The translations under genes and the position numbers were made by a program. From the human T2T-CHM13v2.0 reference genome, Homo sapiens: a stretch of DNA of 64,000 nucleotides. The notes beneath the pieces are model-generated. The model searched no databases and was not told where the DNA came from. It saw only the letters and a list, made by a program, of their open reading frames with translations. Positions 39,661 to 53,700 of the stretch are shown here, piece by piece (the first letter of the stretch is position 1; each line of letters begins with the position of its first letter). Where the stretch lies: the NCBI RefSeq assembly GCF_009914755.1, contig NC_060928.1. The stretch is one strand, 5' to 3'.

Positions 39661-39782
39661 AGACTTCTATGAATGTGATTTCCATGGATATGGTTAACAG
39701 AGTGTGCCCTGGTTGCAGCCTGCTGGGAGGCCGGGGCACACTCTGTTAACCATATCCATGGAAATCACATTCGTAGAAGTCT
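39661..39782. repeat. Long inverted repeat: 52-bp arms, 18-nt loop, 50/52 Watson-Crick pairs
   Basis: Arm 39661-39712 is the reverse complement of 39731-39782 except two T/G pairs (39670:39773 and 39710:39733). Confidence 0.98.
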
Positions 39783-39965
39783 ATGATTCATAGACACTGA
39801 CTAACCTTTGGGCAAGTAAGTTACCTATTTTGTCAATTACTCAGTTGCCCCATCTGCAAAATGTAGAAAATGCAACACCATTAACTTATAAGGTAGAAAA
39901 TCTATGCCATATGTTTAGCCCACTACCTCCTAAATAGTAAAAATACTCTAAACCTTAACTATTGC
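39690..39965 (+). mobile_element. Diverged MIR interrupted by the right arm of the hairpin
   Basis: TGGTTAACAGAGTGTGCCCTGGTTGCAGCCTGCTGGG resembles the MIR head. After the arm, CCTTTGGGCAAGT..CTCAGTTGCCCCATCTGCAAAATG is the MIR core. Confidence 0.6.
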
Positions 39966-42329
39966 TGTCTAAATATTTTGCTCATTACCAAATATTTATA
40001 GATATAAGAACTATTGACACAGCCCCTATATAGCTTGGTGGTTTAAAGACAGTTAGGGTCCTAATAGATACTCACCCATAGTCATAATGTAGAATGTGAA
40101 ACACTTTTTTTTTCTAACTTAAACATTTGTTATATGGGTATTTCCAGAGTCTTATTAGGGACTTCAAGATCCATAAACAATGAGTAAGCCCATCACTTCC
40201 CCAGATGCATGAGTGTTCCTTACTCACTTTGAAGGTCTGATATGCAGGGGTAAGAAAAACTATTTTCCTCTTTCTCTCTTCAATCTCTAAGCAAACTGCC
40301 TGCATTTCTAAAGGAAGACTAGAGTTCTGTTGCTTTGAATTTAACAAATGAAAAGAGGATCTTTCTAATTTTTTTATGCAGTAAGCCATAATTTTTAGGT
40401 ACACTCTGATGTATATCATATCATCACATAAGACTCACATTAACTTCAAAGAGAACAACACACAATGGTGCACAAAGTGGTAAGAAACATTTCCAGGACA
40501 TAATGAAGTATTATCTGAAGCAGGGCTGAAGCAGATGTCTTGGGAGAGAAAACAGTAGCAGCATACCAGCAGTGTGAGCTGCCATAGTCAGGCCTGGGTC
40601 ACTCAGCCTTAATGAGATCATGCTGACAGCCAACCAGAAAGGCAGAGCTGAAAAAAAAATTTCATTGGAAGCATTGGAGCCACTGTTGCTAAGCTAAGGC
40701 CAGCTTGCACATGTGACTTGGCAGAGAGTTCTGCGAATTCATAAATCTTGCCAGATTTAGGGAGCTGGGGGCATTGAAAAATGACCAAGACCCATGTAGT
40801 CATGGAATGCAGTCTACAAGTGAAAATGTCATTTTGTTTTTTGCTCTAAGCAACCAATTTCCCCAATTCAACAATTGCCAAAATATGCCCATTACCCTTT
40901 TCTGACTTCTACTTTCATTCATCAGTAAACATTTACCAAACAAACATCTATAAGTCATGTGTTATATGCTTGGCAAAGGAAGAGGTGACATGGGTTCTGA
41001 CCCATGAAAGCATGTGGAACCCTAGAAGATGGGCCTGGGCCACTACTCCTAGTCTGCTTGAGCAGTTTCTTCTAGCTCCTGTTAGAGGCATGCCATCCCC
41101 GAATTCTCTTCACCTGTATTACTGTCAAGTTAGAATAATGGCCTTGTGTTTGGATTGAGCATGGTGAAAAAAGATTTTTACCATCATGGAGAGTGTCTGA
41201 GCAGTAGTGAAATTCTACTCTAATTCATCCCTACCACTTCTTGGAAAAACTGTGAGGCTCCATATCCCGGGGGGTTGCATAAAGGGAGGAAAAGAGGGTC
41301 TTTATGAGGCTCAGAGTTGAGTTGAGGGTCTAGTCTCCTAAATATCATTTTATAAAGATCTTTTCAGTAATAAAAGAATCCCTGAGGCTGTAGCTCCTGG
41401 GCTAGGCCTTCCGATGGGAAATACAGAAGGCCATCAGCTCAGCTGAGTACAAAGAGTAGTGATTCTGCGGGGAGAGGGTTATGGCAGCGGGGCAGGGTGG
41501 CTGAAAGGATCAACAGCCATTATTTTTAAATCTCCCTGGATCTCTTTTGTGATACTTAAATTGTAGAGTAAAGAACAAGATGTAGTAGGAAAACAACACT
41601 TTGGAGAGAAAGCACACTTTACTGTCCCCTACACAGTATTCTCTGGAGTGGTTAACATAGAAGTTGCACCGCAGGATTATCCACTGCCCACTGCCTTTGC
41701 TGGCAAGTTGTTAAGGAATCTGATTAATGGAGGAAATATGGTTTTGGCATAACAATCAAGATGGGCTCTTTAGACAAAGCAGGATTTGTCTCCTTTACCC
41801 AATGCCCATTCAAGATGGACAAGTTGACATTTTAAAAATGAAAAACAGATGTTTCATACAAAACTTTAAAAGTGTCAGGTATAGATAAAGGACCCTGGCT
41901 ACTCAGATGGACTTGATCCAAAAAGAGAATGTGAAGAAATCTGGCATTTCATCCAGTAGGCATAAGTGTGTTCTGAAACAATTATAGTTTACCTTTGAAT
42001 AAAGGGAAATTATCTAGAATCAGGAAATTAGGAGAGAATGGCTTCTAAATGCCCTAAGAGTCATCACACTACTTAATTGTTATTCTAAACAATTGATCAT
42101 CACATTATTATCTCCAAATCCCTTTTAATAAAAAGATAAATAAAACTCTGAACAAATTTATAACTACGCACATATTGATAATTAAGCATTTCAATTCAGG
42201 CCACTGCAAAACACTCCACAAACCATATGTAGAATATAGTAAATGTTCTTTCATCTTCTTAAAACAAAACAAAAGGGGGCCATCTGCAAAGATATGAATG
42301 TTTTTAAATTTTAATTAAAATGTGTTTTT

Positions 42330-42507
42330 AAGTGTCTAATGCAATGGTATCATATTAAAATTATTTGGGGAACTTTTTAAAAAGTACTTAAGCCAGGCTT
42401 CCCCCTTAGATATTCTGATTTTATTTGTCGGTAGTTGGAGCTGGACACTGAAATATTTTAAAAGCTCCTCAGGTCATTTTAATGTGTAACCAGATTGGAA
42501 AGTACTG
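42330..42507. mobile_element. MER5-type hAT element
   Basis: CCCCTTAGATATTCTGATTT..TTTTAAAAGCTCCTCAGGTCATTTTAATGTG..TTGGAAAGTACTG. Confidence 0.7.
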
Positions 42508-42654
42508 CTTTAATGTGGTTAGGCATCTAAAATGTAAAGCTGTATTATGACTTTTTCACCCTGATGTTTACTGGGATATGCCTTAGAATATGCGAAGAGC
42601 CACCCCAGTGATTATTGGTAGCAGCCAGCATTTCTGTTTATGTACTCAATAATA

Positions 42655-42870
42655 GTACAATGCAGTGAGTAGGAACATGGACACTAGTGTAGGAAACGCC
42701 TAGTTTGGAATCTCAGGTCTCCGCCTATTAGCCATGTGACCTTGGACAAGTTACTTATACTGTCAGTTTTTCAGTTTTTTTATGTGTTAAGAACCTACCT
42801 TCTTAAGTTGTTGTAAAGATTATATATAAATAAGTTTAATACATAATAAAGCCCTTAGAACAACTTCTGG
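42655..42870 (+). mobile_element. MIR SINE
   Basis: TTAGCCATGTGACCTTGGACAAGTTACTTA..CCTACCT..GTTGTTGTAAAGATT..AAAGCCCTTAGAACA. Confidence 0.8.
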
Positions 42871-43438
42871 AAAGATCATTCCTTACTATTGAAAAGGTCC
42901 CTGGATCTAAATCTTTTTCCATCTCTCCCAGTCACAGAGGGGCCAATAATATAACCTAAAAGTCATTAAACTTTTGTATTCAACACTCCCAGGATTCTAC
43001 ATAATTTATTTGCTTTGTTAACATAATTCTTTATATCAAAAGGTGAGGATGCTTATGAGTCTGTCTCTAGCTTTGTGTTTCTCAAGCTATGGTTCACTTC
43101 AATCACCTGAAGTGCTTCTTAGAAACAGAATTGCCTGGGCCGCATTATCTGATATTCTGAGGATGATTCTTTTGCACAATAAAGTCTTAGAATAATGACT
43201 CCAATCTATGCTATTGAAATGGGCACTGGTAAGAGAAGAATTATTGCTTTCTTCCTCTTCTAGCCCTGATGTGTCCTCAAGAAAAAAAAAACTTGAAAAA
43301 AATCAATATAAGGTATCTATTAGAGGACATGAAGATACAGTTGCCCATATGCCTATAGAGAACCTTATCAATATTGTAGATTTTGACTTTGCATGACAAA
43401 GCAGTTTAACTCTATCTCTAAAAGAACACTTGTCACTT

Positions 43439-43732
<294 letters not shown>

Positions 43733-43812
43733 ACACTTGTCACTTTGTATAATTTTCAAATGGGTCCCTCCTGCTGGATAATTATCTTCTGAAGGGCATG
43801 GACATATCTTAC

Positions 43813-43910
43813 CACTTTTGGGAACCCACACGAGTGGGCTGGAGTGCCTTCTTTGACATGTTGTAAGTCCCCCACTAGAGACCGGGACTGTCCAGAACTA
43901 GCAGTGCTGT
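43813..43910 (-). other. Candidate 98-nt minus-strand exon
   Basis: Acceptor of C/T tract ending CTCCCCAG|A and donor GTG|GTAAGA in a locally GC-richer unique segment. Motif evidence only. Confidence 0.3.
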
Positions 43911-44272
43911 CTGGGGAGGGGAGGGAGTGCTCTAAGACCAGACCAGGACCCAAGTGTGCCCTGTTCCTGCTTTTTCTTTCTCCCCTTGGGGCTACTTCCC
44001 ATTTGCTAATACTCCTCTCTCCCCCACACCAGATGCCTGGAGGAGCGCTAAGACTCAGACTAATAAAACTATGAGAGTCCTCCATAGCCAGGCCCATTTC
44101 CAGGAGAACAGCTTGGTGGTGGATTGTTCCCACGGATTGGCATGGATTTTATTTCATGGGATTGCATAATACTGGGTTGCCAGAATAATGCTGACATGCT
44201 GTTTTGGGGAAACTCTCATTCATTTTCAGACAGGATACATTTCATATTCAATGACTGGAAGATTGTATATAT

Positions 44273-44300
44273 GCGTGTGTGTGTGTGTGTGTGTGTGTGT
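44273..44300 (+). repeat. (TG)n microsatellite
   Basis: Read directly. Confidence 0.92.
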
Positions 44301-44516
44301 TTCTGCGTTTGTGTGCATATAAACATATACATATGTACCTCTTATTTACCCATTATTCTAAATCTTTATCCATAAATCACCAGACCTCACCTCACATCAG
44401 TTTTTTTCTAAATATAGGGCCCCCACAACAATTATTTGTACACCCTAGTGATGGTCCTGACTCCAACTTTTACTCTCTTTTTATCACCAAGCATAAAACC
44501 ATCAGAAATAACAATA

Positions 44517-44592
44517 TTTCTGTATTCTTTCTAACTATATTCAGAGTATTAATCTTTTTTCTGTATTCTTTCCAACTACATTCAGAATATTA
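44517..44592 (+). repeat. Tandem duplication, 41-bp period (35-bp copies, 3 mismatches)
   Basis: TTTCTGTATTCTTTCTAACTATATTCAGAGTATTA / TTTCTGTATTCTTTCCAACTACATTCAGAATATTA. Confidence 0.9.
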
Positions 44593-44667
44593 GTTACTGA
44601 TGAGAAAAGAAAAAGGATCCACTTTGAATAAAATAGAAATTGATGCAACAAAAGTTACAAAGCTATG

Positions 44668-45057
44668 AAATATATTAGGATAAAATATACTGCTGTAACC
44701 ATTCCGCAATCCTTGGTAAATTTCAAAAATGAAACCTTGCGTTGCATCTACACAACAAGCTTATTGTGCGCTGGTTGTGGGTTCTTCTTCAAATGTCTTT
44801 ATTTTGGGACTCAGGCTGGTAGAGCAGGAATATTATAAACATCGCTGCTTCCAGTGGCAGGGGAAAGAGGCTTTGTCAGGCCACACATAATGGCTTGGCT
44901 TAGAAAGGATATACATCACTTCTGTTCACAACTCATGTCCAGAACTAGTCATGTGGCTCCCACTTAATGACAAGGGGTCCAGGAAGTACAATCCAACAAT
45001 TTGCTCAAAAGGTGAAGAATCAGAAATATTTGGGGAACACCACTAATGACTATCACA
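44668..45057 (-). mobile_element. MLT1I/J-type LTR
   Basis: CATCACTTCTGTTCACA..CCAGAACTAGTCATGTGGC..AATATTTGGGGAACACCACTAATGACTATCACA. Confidence 0.75.
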
Positions 45058-45623
45058 GCTGTATTCAAAGTAGTAGACTTATTCAATGTTTTTTGATTCT
45101 AAGGGAAATTTATAGAATTACTGCCTTTTTTATAAATGTCTTCTAAAAAATTGTAGAGAATAAGAAAAAAGTCTCATAAAATACTTCTTATAGATATTAG
45201 AAAATTTAAAGTCAACTTCCATATTTATAATTAACAAAGAATAAGGTCAATACATTTCATTTCAAAAACAGGGTCATTTAGTATGGAATTCATACACCAA
45301 TCCGGAAGCAAAAATCTGAACATAAAGAATACTGAAAGGCAATATAACTAAATTGTTATTTCTAGTTCAGGAAGTACAGGAGTAATGTTTTTCTTCTTCT
45401 TTTTTTTTACTACCTGTTTTACATTTCTTATAATGAGTATACATTGTTTTTATAATGGAAAATTATTATAATGGAAAATTTTATGAAATAAACTGAGAGA
45501 GAGTAATGTTTTTGAGAAGAAGAAAATGATGAATTTTTACTATTAAATATAAAACCAGATTATTAACTGGTAGCTTAGTTAGCTGGAAAGTGTTTTCCTT
45601 CCCTAGAAGTTTAAAAGTAGTAT

Positions 45624-47377
45624 GAAATAAAATACCTAGGAATACAGCTAACCAGGGAGATGAAGGATTTCCACAATAAGAATTACAAACCACTGCTGAA
45701 AGAAATCAGGGATGACACAAACAAATGGAAAATATTCCATGCTCATGAATAGAAAGAATCAATATTTTTAACATGGGCATACTGCCCAAAGCAATTTACA
45801 GATTCGATGCTATTCCTATCAAACTACTAGTGACTTTCTTCATACAATTAGAAAAAAACTATTCTAAAATTGATATAGAACCAAAAAAGAGTCTGAATAG
45901 TTGAAACAATCTTAAGCAAAAATAACAAAGCTGGGTGCATCACATTACTGGACTTCAAATTATACTGTAACACTACAATAAGCCAAACTGCATGGTACTG
46001 GTGCAAAAACAGACACATAGACCATTGGAACAGAACTGAGAGCCCAGAAATAAAGCTCTACACCTACAACCATCTGATCTTGACAAAATCAGCAAAAACA
46101 AGCAATAGGGAAAGGACTTTCTAATCAATAAATGGTGCTGGGATAACAGATTGGCTATAGGCAGAAGATTGAAACTGGATCCCTTCCTTACACCATATTA
46201 AAAAATCAACTGAAGATGGATTAAAGACAAATGTAAAACCTAAAACTATAAAACCCCTTGAAGAAAACCTAGGAAATACCATTCTAGATATAGGTCCTGG
46301 CAAAGATTTCATGATGAAGATGCCAAAAGCAATTGCAAGAAAGACAAAAACTTGACAAATGGGACCTAATTAAACTAAAGAGCCTCTTCACAGCAAAGAG
46401 ACTATCAACAGGGTAAATAGACACCCCACAGAATCGGAAAAATATATTTGCAAACTATGTATCCGAGAAAGGTCTAACATCCAGAGTCTATAAGGTACTT
46501 GAACAAATTAACAAGCAAAAATGAAACAATCCTATTAAAAAACAGGCAAAGGACATGAACAGTTTTCAAAATAAGACCTATAAATGGCCAATAAGCATAT
46601 GAAAAAATGCTCAACATCACTAATCGTTAGAGAAATGCAAATCAAAACCACAATGAGATAGCATCTCGTACCAGTCAGAATGGCTATTACTAAAAAGTCA
46701 AGAAATAACAAGCTGGCAAGGTTGCAGAGAAAAGGAAACACCTATACACTGCTACTGGGAAGGTAAATTAGTTGAGCCACTATGAAAAAGCTGTTTGGCA
46801 ATTTCTCAAAGAACATAAAACAGAACTACTATTTGACCCAGCAATCCCATTATTGGGTATATAGCTAGAGGAATATAAATTATTCTACTATAAAGACACA
46901 TGCATGCATACGTTCATTGCAGCACTACCTGCAATAGCAAAGACATGGAATCAATCTAAATGCCCATCAGTGGTAGACTGGATAAAGAAAATGTGTTATA
47001 TGTATATACCATGGAATACTATGCAGCCATAAAGAGGAACGAGATCATGTCCTTTGCAGGGACACAGATGGAGCTGGAGGCTGTTATCCTAAGTGAATTA
47101 ATGCAGGAATGGAAAATCAAACACCACATATTCTCACTTATAAGTGGGAGCTAATCATTGAGTACACATGGACACAAAGAAGGGCACAATAGATACCAGG
47201 GCTTACTTGAGAATGGTGGGTGGGAGGAGGGTGAGGATAAAAAAACTACCTATTGGGTACGATGCTTATTACCTTGATGATGAAATAGTATGTATACCAA
47301 ACCCACATGACATGCAATTTATCTGTGTAACAAACCTGCACATGTACCCCTGAACCTGAATAACAATTTAAATAAAT
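45624..47377 (+). mobile_element. 5'-truncated L1PA16-type LINE-1
   Basis: ORF2 3' part from AAATAAAATACCTAGGAATAC; 3' UTR GGAGGAGGGTGAGGATAAAAAAACTACCTATTGGGTAC; degenerate TSD AAAAGTAGTAT/AAATGTAATAT. Confidence 0.9.
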
Positions 47378-47792
47378 AAATGTAATATTGACACTCGTTA
47401 ATTTGGAAAGTGAGAACTAATGAAGGAATAGAGATGCTGAAAGAGCTCTATAGATCATCCCAGCCCTAGATTCCTGCCAAAGGCTTTAGATAACTTTGTA
47501 AGAGGCACAGCTGCTTGTCAAAAAGAAAATTTCTGTTTAAGTTTTTGCTTTTAGCATTTTGTGTTTATTTGGCTGTACTTTAAGATTTTATTTTAATGAG
47601 ATCTGGAATGTTACTTAGGAACAACACATCTTAGGTTTTATTGAATCTTGAAATAAGAAGTGATCAAGGTTTTTAGAAGGATACTTTTTCATAGTTTAAA
47701 GAGATAATTCAATGTAATAGGACAATTCACTGTAACACTGACAGACAACAGATTAGTAGTTGCCTTAGAAGAGGGCAAGGAGGAGAGCTTTT

Positions 47793-50700
47793 GGGGAGGG
47801 GCCAAGATGGCCAACTAGAAGCAGCAGCTTTCGGAGGCTCCCATCAGAAAAAACAACAACGACAATACCACCAACAACAAAATACATAATAAGCATGTGA
47901 ATCCTTCACTGGAACCAAGGTATCCAGGTTCTCTCATCAAAATTGACTAGAAGGCTGGTGTGACCCACAGAGAGAAGGAAGAACAGTGTGACCTGGTGGC
48001 CCATTTGAGAGCCACACAGGGAAAGGGATCCCCCTCCCACCAGCCAAAGGAGGCAGTGAGTGAGCAAGTTACCTAGCCAGGGAAACTGTGCTTTTTCCAT
48101 GGAACTGTGCAACCCACGGATTGGAAGATCCCACTCGTGAACCCACGCCACTGGGACCTAGCGTCTCAACCCCAGAATGCGCAGATTCTTACAGCCTCTC
48201 AGCTGGAATCTGCTTTAGCTTACTGAGCTCCCGGGAGGGAGGGGCGACCAGCACTGGCTGCTGGGGCCTGCTGTCTAAGCCATTTGAGCTCCTTGCGGGA
48301 GGGGCAGCAGCCTTCACTGGGACTCACAACTGCCTAACAGGCTAAGCTCCCTGGGCAGGGGAAAGGGCAACACCCATTTCTATAGCTCCAGGCTGCGCCT
48401 TTCCCCTGCTGGAGCCAGGGAGTCTGGATGCCTTGGTCCCAAGATTTGTCCCCACAGCACAACACACTGGCTGTGGCAGTTGGCCGCCAAGGTGCCTCTT
48501 CAGGTCTAACCCTGGCCCATCCTTCCTCAGTGGGCGGGGCTTCCCTGCAGGATCTTCAATAACTCCAGCCAGAGGCTCAGGGACAGAATTCCAATCTCCC
48601 TGGGCCTGAGCCCCTACGGGGAGGGGTGGCCCCAGTCTCTGTGAACCAGCAGACTTAGCCTCTCCTCCTGGTAGTTCTGAGGAATCCAGGCAGCCAGGAC
48701 AAAGGGGTTTCCCCTCAGCGAAGCACAACCCATCCACCAAGGGACAAAGTGCTTCATTAAATGGTCCTGCTCCTCATGCCACCCAGCTGGGTGAGACCCT
48801 CGAACAGGGGTTGTCAGACACCCTATACAGGAGCAATCCTACTGGCATCAGGTTGGTGCCCCTTGAGGTCAGAGGTCCCAGAAGAAAGAGCAGGCACTCA
48901 TCTTTCCTGTTCTCCAGCTTCCTTGAGTGACAGCTCCAGGCACGGGGTGAATCAGGTGAATAGGGCCTGATGTGAACCCCCAGCAAACTGCAGCAGCCCT
49001 ACAGAAGAGGGACCTGACTATTGAAAGAAAAACAAACAAGCAGAAAGTGACAACAACAGCATCAATAACAACAATAAAAAAGGCCCCCACAAAACCCCCA
49101 TCCTAGGGTCAGCAGCCTCAAAGACTGAAACTAGACAAACTCATGAACGTGAGAATGAATCAATGAAAACATGCTGAAAACCCAAAAGGCCAGAGTATCT
49201 CTACTCCTCCAAATGATCTCAACGTCTCTCCATCAAGGGTGCAGAACTGGACAGAGGATCAGATGGATGAATTGACAGAAGTAGGCATCAGATAATGGGT
49301 AATAAAAAACTATGCTGAGCTAAAGGAACGTGTTCTAACCCAATGCAAAGAAGCTAAGAACCTTGATAAAATGTTAGAGGAATTGTTAATGAGAATAACC
49401 AATTTAGAGAGGAACATAAAAGACCTGATGGAGCTAAAAAACAGCGCGGGTACTTCATGAAGCATACACAAGCATCAGCAGCCAAGTTGACCAAGTGGAA
49501 GAAAGGATATAAGAGTTTGAAGGCCACCTTACTGAAATAAGACATGCAAACAAGAATGGAGAACAAAGAATGAAAAGGAATGAACAAAGCCTCCAAGAAA
49601 TATGGGACTTTATAAAAAGACTGAACTTATGATTAATTGGAGTACCGGAAGGAGATGGGGAGAATGAAAAAGATGGAAAACACTCTTCAGGATATTATCC
49701 AGGAGAACTTCCCTAACTTAGCAGGCCAAAATGCAAATTCAGGAAACACAGAGAACACCATTAAGATACTCCGCGAGAAGATCAACCCCAAGACATGTAA
49801 TCATCAGATTCTCCAAGGTCGAAATGAAAGAATAACTGTTAAGGGCAGCCAGAGAGAAAGGCCAGATCACCTAGAAAGGGAAGCCCATCAGACTAACAGC
49901 AGAAACCCTATAAGCTGGAAGAGATTGGGGGCCAATATTCAACATTCTTAAATTAAAAAATTTTCAACCTAGAATTTCATATCCAGCCAAACAAAGCTTC
50001 ATAAGTGAAGGAGAAATAAAATTATTCCCAGAGAAGCAAATGCTGAGTCATTGCATTACCACCAGGCCTACGTTGCAAGAGCTCCTGAATGAAGCACTAA
50101 ATATGGAAAGGAAAAACTGATACCAACCACTGCAAAAACACACCAAAATATAAAGACCAATGACACTATGAAGAAATTGCATCAACTAGTGTGCAAAATA
50201 ACCAAATAGCATCATGATGGCAGGATCAAACTCACATATAACAATACTAACCTTAAATGTAAATGGGCTAAATGCCCTAATTAAAAGACACAGACTAGCG
50301 AATTGGATAAGGAGTCAACATTCATCAGTGTGCTGTATTCAGGAGACCCATCTTACATGCAAAGACACACACAGGCTCAAAATAAAAGGATGGAGGAAAA
50401 TTTACCAAGAAAGTGGAAAGCAAAAGAAAACCAACCAACCAAACAAACAAATGAAAAACCAGGGGTTGCAATCCTAGTCCCTGAAAAAAGACTTTAAACC
50501 AACAAAGATCAAAAAAAGACAAAGAAGGGCATTACATAATGGTAAAGGGAACAATTCAACAAGAAGACCTAACTATTCTAAATATATGCACCCAATAGAG
50601 GAGCACCCAGATTCATAAAACAAGTTCTTAGAGACCTACAAAGAGACTTAGGCTCCTACACAATGATAGTGGGAGACTTAAACACCCCACTGTCAGTGTT

Positions 50701-53700
50701 AGATCAATGAGACAGGATTAACAAAGATATTCAGGACTTGAACTCAGCTCTGGATCAAGTGGAACTAGTAGACATCTACAGAGTTCTCTACCCCAAATCA
50801 ATAGAATATACATTCTTCTCAGTGCCACATCGCACTTATTCTAAAATTAACCACATAATTGGGAGTAAAATTCTCCTCAGCAAATGCAAAAGAACTGAAA
50901 TCATAACAAACAATCATACCACAATGCAATCAAATTAGAACTCAGGATTAAGAAACCCACTCAAAACCAATCACATGGAAATTGAGCAACCTGCTCCTGA
51001 ATGAATCTTGGATAAATAATGAACTTAAGGCAGAAATCAAGAAGTTCTTTGAAACCAACAAGAACAAAGAGACAGTGTACCAGAATCTCCAGGATACAGC
51101 TAAAGCAGTGTTAAGAGGGAAATTTATAGCACTAAATGCCCACATCAGAAAGTTAGAAAGATCTTAAACTGACACCCTAACATGACAATTAAAACAGCTA
51201 GAGAGGCAAGAGCAAACTAATCCAAAAGCTAGCAGAAGACAAGAAATAACTAAGATCAGAGAAGAACTGAAGGAGATAGAGACATGAAAAACCCTCCAAA
51301 AAATCAACAAATCCAGGAGCTGGTTTTTTGAAAAAATTAACAAAATGGGTAGACCACTAGCTAGACTAATAAAGAAGAAGAGAGAAAAGAATCAAAAAGA
51401 CACAACAAAAATGATAAAGGGGATATTACCACTTACCCAACAGAAATACAAACCACCATCAAAGAATACTATATAAACACCTTTATGCAAATAAACTAGA
51501 AAATCTAGAAGAAACGGATAAATTCCTGGATGCATACACCCTACCAAGACTAAACTAGGAAGAAGTTGAATCCCTGAATAGACCAATAACAAGCTCTGAA
51601 ATTGAGACAGTAATTAATAGCCTGCCAACCAAAAAAAAGTCCAGGACTGGATGGATTCACAGCTGAATTCTACCAGAAATACAAAGTGAAGCTGATACCA
51701 TTCCTTCTGAAATGATTCCAAACAATTGAAAAGGAGGGGCTCCTCCCTAACTAATTTTATGAATCCAGCATCATCCTGATACCCAAATCAGGAAGAGGCA
51801 CCAAAGAAAAAGAAAACTTCAGGCCAATATCCCTGATGAACATCGATGTGAAAATCCTCAATAAAATACTGGCAAACCGAATCCAGCAGCACATCAAAAA
51901 ACTTACCCACTAGGATCAAGTCAACTTTATCCCTGGGATGCAAGGCTGGTTCAACATATGCAAATCAATAAATGTAATCCATCACATAAACAGAACCAAA
52001 GACAAAAACCATATGATTATCTCAATAGATGCAGAAAAGGCCTTTGATAACATTCAACATCCCTTTGTTAAAAACTCAATAAACTAGGTATTGGTGGAAT
52101 ATATCTCAAAATAATAAGAGCTATTTATGACCAACCCACAGCCAATATCATATTGAATGGGCAAAAGGTGGAAGCATTCCCTGTGAAAATTGGTACAAGA
52201 CAAGGATGCCCTCTCTCACCATTTGTATTCAACATAGTGTTGGAAGTTCTGGCCAGGTCAATCAGACAAGAGAAAGAAGTAAAGGGTATTCAAATAGGAA
52301 GAGAAGAAGTCAAGTTGTCTCTGCAGATGACATGATTTTATATTTAGAAAACCCCATCATCTCAGCCCAAAAACCTCTAGAACTGATAAGCGACTTCAGA
52401 AAAGTCTCAGGATACAAAATCAATGTGCAAAAATCCTAAGCATTCCTTTACACTAACAATAGGCATCAGAGAGCCAAATCATGAATAAACTCCCATTCAC
52501 AATTGCCACAAAGAGAATAAAATACCTAGGAATACAGCTAACAAGGGATGTAAAGAACCTCTTCAAGGAGAACTACAAACCACTGCTCAAGGAAATAAGA
52601 GAGGACACAAACAAATGGAAAAACATTCCATGCTCATGGATAGGAAGAATTGATATCATGAAAATGGCCATACTGCCCAAAGTAATTTCTAGATTCAATG
52701 CTATTCCCATCAAACATCCATTGACATTCTTCACAGAATTAGAAAAAAACTATTTTAAATTTCATATGGAATCAAGGAAGACCCCGTATAGCCAAGACAA
52801 TCATAAGCAAAAATAGCAAAGCTGGAGGCATCATGCTACCTGATTTTAAGCTTTGCTACAAGGGTATAGTAACCAAAACAGCATGGTACTGGTACCAAAA
52901 CAGACATACAGACCCTAATGGAGCAGAACAGAGATCTCAGATATAACTCCACACATCTACAACCATCTGATCTTCGATGAACCTGACAAAACAAGCAATA
53001 GGGAAAGCATCTTCTATTCAGGAAACTGTGTTGGGAGAACTGGCTAGCCATAGGCAGAAAACCAAAACGGGACCCCTTCCTTACACCTTATACAAAAATT
53101 AACTCAAGATGGATTAAATACTTAAAAGTAAAACCCCAAACCTTAAACACCCTAGAAAAAAACCTAAGCAATACCACTCAGGACATAGACATGGGCAAAG
53201 ACTGCATGACAAAAACACCAAAAGCAATTGCAACAAAAGCCAAAATTGACAATGGCATCTAATTAAACTAAAGAGCTTCTGCACAGCAAAAGAAACTGTC
53301 ATCAGAGTGAACAGGCAACCTATAGAATGGGAGAAAATACTTGCAATCTACCCATCTGACAAAGGTCTAATATCCAGAATTTACAAGGAACTTAAACATA
53401 TTTACAAGAAAAAAAAAACCCATCAAAAAGTGGGGAAAGGATATGAACAGACACTTCTCAAAAAAAGACATTTATGCAGCCAACAAATATGAAAAAAAGC
53501 TCAACATCATTGGTCATCAGAGAAATGCAAATCAAAACAACAATGAGATATCATCTCACACTAGTGAGAAAGGCAGTTATTAAAAAGTCAGGAAACAATA
53601 GATGCTGACGCGGCTGTGGAGAAATAGGGACGCTTTTACAACTGTAGGTGGGAATGTAAATTAGTTCAACCATTGTGGGAGACAGTGTGGCGATTCCTCA

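Noticed and set aside
40228-40307. Additional minus-strand exon candidate
   Set aside because: Short pyrimidine tract with a competing AG just upstream; too weak to list.
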